From Chiloscyllium plagiosum (lineage: Eukaryota), in the NCBI RefSeq assembly GCF_004010195.1, contig NC_057711.1, positions 76,091,817 through 76,155,816 of the forward strand: 64,000 bases of DNA. Direction: 5' to 3'. The notes beneath the pieces were generated by a model, which made no database searches, had not been told where the DNA came from, and was given only the letters and a program-made list of their open reading frames with translations. Below, piece after piece: positions 61,520 through 64,000 of this stretch. Within the stretch, counting starts at the first letter, position 1. Every line of letters starts with the position of its first letter. The position numbers and the translations under genes were made by a program.

Positions 61520-62200
61520 TCTCAGGAGCACAACATCTTGAGCTGTCTATATTGATGAAATACATGCAAGAAGAGCCAAAGCAAGTGTGGCCTTCAGACC
61601 TCAAGCATCATTCTGGGAATGAACAGGAGTAAGTCTGCCTGTCAATCTAAAAGTGTATAGAACTATCATCCTGCCTACTTTGTTCAATGCATGCAAGTCT
61701 TGGACTGTGTACCAATCTAATTCCAAAGAGCAGTCTTTTTGAAAGCTTGTGGAGATTAGATGACAGGACTTGCCACTGAAGCATTCAACCGAGTTGATAT
61801 GCCAAGTGCTCATTGCATATTGAGGCAGTCACAACTGAATTGGGCTGATCATGTCAGAATGTGTGACATTTGCTTACCAATGAGAATATTTTACGGACAG
61901 GGTTGTGAAATGAAACACTCCAAGGACACTTGGAATGCTTCACTTAGGAATTTGATGTTGACATTGAGTCCTGGGCCAATCTTGCCCAGGATCACTGCAC
62001 CTGCCAGAAGCAAATACCTTGTGGCCTCATTGAAAACTCCTACATATCAGTAGACAGAAAATGCAAGAAGAGCAAATCCCAAACCAGCAATTTATCCAAA
62101 ACTCAATTGGCTATGGTATCCTGTCCTGTTGGCAGAAAAACCTTTAGACTGTGTAGTAGCCTTAGCAGAACATAACCAAACACACTAACGACACCCCAGA
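61520..62200 (+). mobile_element. Decayed RTE-clade LINE 3' fragment
   Basis: LKVYRTIILPTLFNACKSWTVY and LRQSQLNWADHVRM..LPMRIFYG. Confidence 0.75.
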
Positions 62201-63639
62201 TAAAGAACAAGATGAACAAGAGAGAAGCCAGGCATCAAACACCAATCAATGAATGAAGGATGCAGTAGTGAAAGTACGAACGCTGTTTCATCATACACAA
62301 ACTCCAATAGTGCAGTAAAAGATTAACTATACCCAGTACACTCATAATAGCCTCGAGCATGTGTCTCAGGAGATTTGTCATGATGATGCCAGAACACCTG
62401 GGATTAAGACCTGATGGGAGAAAGCATTATTACCATTTTTACAAACACATTTTATAGGGAGAATGCGTCAATGGTTTGCACTGGCTTGTGTTCAGCCCTC
62501 AAATGTCTCAAACTCCTAGAAGTTCCACATGCTATTCCTACATGAACAATATATTACATCAAAGGTAGATACCATGCTACTATGGTGTGTCTAAGTGCTC
62601 TTTTTAAAGTTTTACCATGTGCTGTGATGATGTGCATTCTTTGCATATGCAGCTGATGTGGATGAGGTGGATTGCAATGTCTGTGGTCCATCCTCCGGTT
62701 ATCAGAGGCCTGGCAGGTCCTGGAAAACTGAGGGGTGCCTGAAGCAGTACAGAAACCTCCTCAGTAGGCAGCTACGGCTGAAGGAGTTTCTATCACTGAT
62801 AGAAAGGCTGTGGAGCTCCACCTTTGGAGAACCTCTTGCAGGACCTTGGGCCTCTCTGTTTGCACTGGCATCTTCCAGCCTTCTAAGGATGAAGGTACAC
62901 CTGAAGATGTAACCAGGCACATTGCACAGATCACGTTGGGCAATTTTTGCATTGATCTTCTGGCTATATCAATAGTCTACCAGTTAGCACCCTGTCCTCC
63001 AGGGTCTTACCCCTATCTATGGGTGGAGTGATCTTCATCTGTGCCCAGTGGTGGTGCCAAAACCTGGTCCTTCTCCGTCTCTGCACCCAACATTCTGTTC
63101 TCTACATTGAAAAAGGTACAACTGTCCTGCTCCCTGATGAACTTGAGTGTGTCCATCTCAGTGGGGGTCAAAGATCAGATGATCGCCTCTTGTCCCTGCC
63201 TTTACCCTTTTCCACATGTTGTGGGACCTCGTGCAGTCAGAAGGAAAGAGTGAGTCTCCAGAGCATGGGCCTTTTATCACCTGCAGTCCTTAAGCCCATG
63301 ATGGGTTTTCTGTGTCTGTCATCCTGTCATGGAACTTGGAAGACACTACCACCAAGATGCAAATGCAGGTCACTTACATACAGCAACAGGGGACAGGCAT
63401 ATTCACCCTCACAATCCAAATGATCAGCCCTTCACTTCTGGCCCATCCTGCACCCACAGTGAACATTCATTCAAACTCACCCTTACAGTGTAGAGTAGAC
63501 CACTCCCTCTCTTACTGTACTAAATCTTGGTCTTTTTTGCTGTACTCCACAGCTGCTTACCTCCTCCATCCGAACTTCCTTTGCAAGGAAGGAGGGTCAG
63601 ATCCCTATGATGGTGGGCTGTCTTCTTGAATCTGTTCTT

Positions 63640-63880
63640 TTGGGGTAGGTCGGTCCACAATGCCAATTGAGAGGCGTTCCAAGATTTTTAACTAAGCGAC
63701 GGTAAAGAAACAGCAATATATTTCTAAATCAGAATGGTGAAGCATTTGGAGGGGTACTTGCATGTGATGTTGTTCCCATGCAGTCCTTGTCCTTCAAGTT
63801 TGTTGAGCTTGTGGGTTTGGAAGGTGATATCTAAAGAGCCCTGATGAATTTCTGCAGTGCACCTTTGATGTGTACTGGGT
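63640..63880 (-). mobile_element. CR1-clade LINE (second family) 3' fragment
   Basis: Reverse complement resembles 59570-59780 (GGGAACAACATCACATGCAAGTACCCCTCCAA). Confidence 0.7.
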
Positions 63881-64000
63881 GCAACAACTTTATTATTTTG
63901 GGTTCTGTCTTTCATAGCCCTTTCTCTGGTCCATTAATCTTATTGATTGGCAAACCAGGCTTGAAGGGCTGAGTGGCCTCCTTTTTTTCTATTGTTCATA

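Noticed and set aside
10053..63480. Scattered CACAGTG heptamers (e.g. 10053, 36656, 42498, 63455) as possible V(D)J recombination signals
   Set aside because: There is no proper ACAAAAACC nonamer at 12/23 spacing and no V or J coding segments.
62340..63630. ORF-rich GC-moderate stretch, possibly a decayed Harbinger-type transposase or other element
   Set aside because: Only a faint motif resemblance (CTGIFQ..RHIAQIT). It cannot be supported without a search.

Overview
Repeat-dense, AT-rich cartilaginous-fish (shark) genomic DNA. The taxon is inferred from HE1-type SINEs, CR1/HER1-like LINEs and Deu-domain SINEs. The window looks intronic or intergenic. No host protein-coding gene can be supported with confidence, and nearly all ORF-track entries are retroelement remnants or chance ORFs. 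The main contents are: (i) a deleted Gmr1-like (gag-SCAN/PR/IN) Gypsy element with both LTRs, PBS, PPT and a 4-bp TSD (20058-25211), nested inside a head-to-head Penelope-like element (PLE) pair; (ii) further PLE remnants with GIY-YIG endonuclease and many short, often palindromic PLE-end insertions with 12-15 bp TSDs; (iii) more than 15 minimal type-I hammerhead ribozyme motifs from at least 6 PLE families, with covarying stem II and a palindromic 4-nt stem III; (iv) CR1, RTE, L2 and Rex1 LINE fragments, two more decayed Gypsy integrases and a split GalEa-like Copia RT. The most interesting signal is a shared architecture across unrelated PLE families: hammerhead, then a terminal hairpin, with one insertion end stopping inside the hairpin loop at a 1-4 nt microhomology with the target. 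A young templated inverted insertion in one LTR is also notable. All identifications were made by eye and from recalled family motifs, with no database searches. Boundaries of old repeats are approximate.
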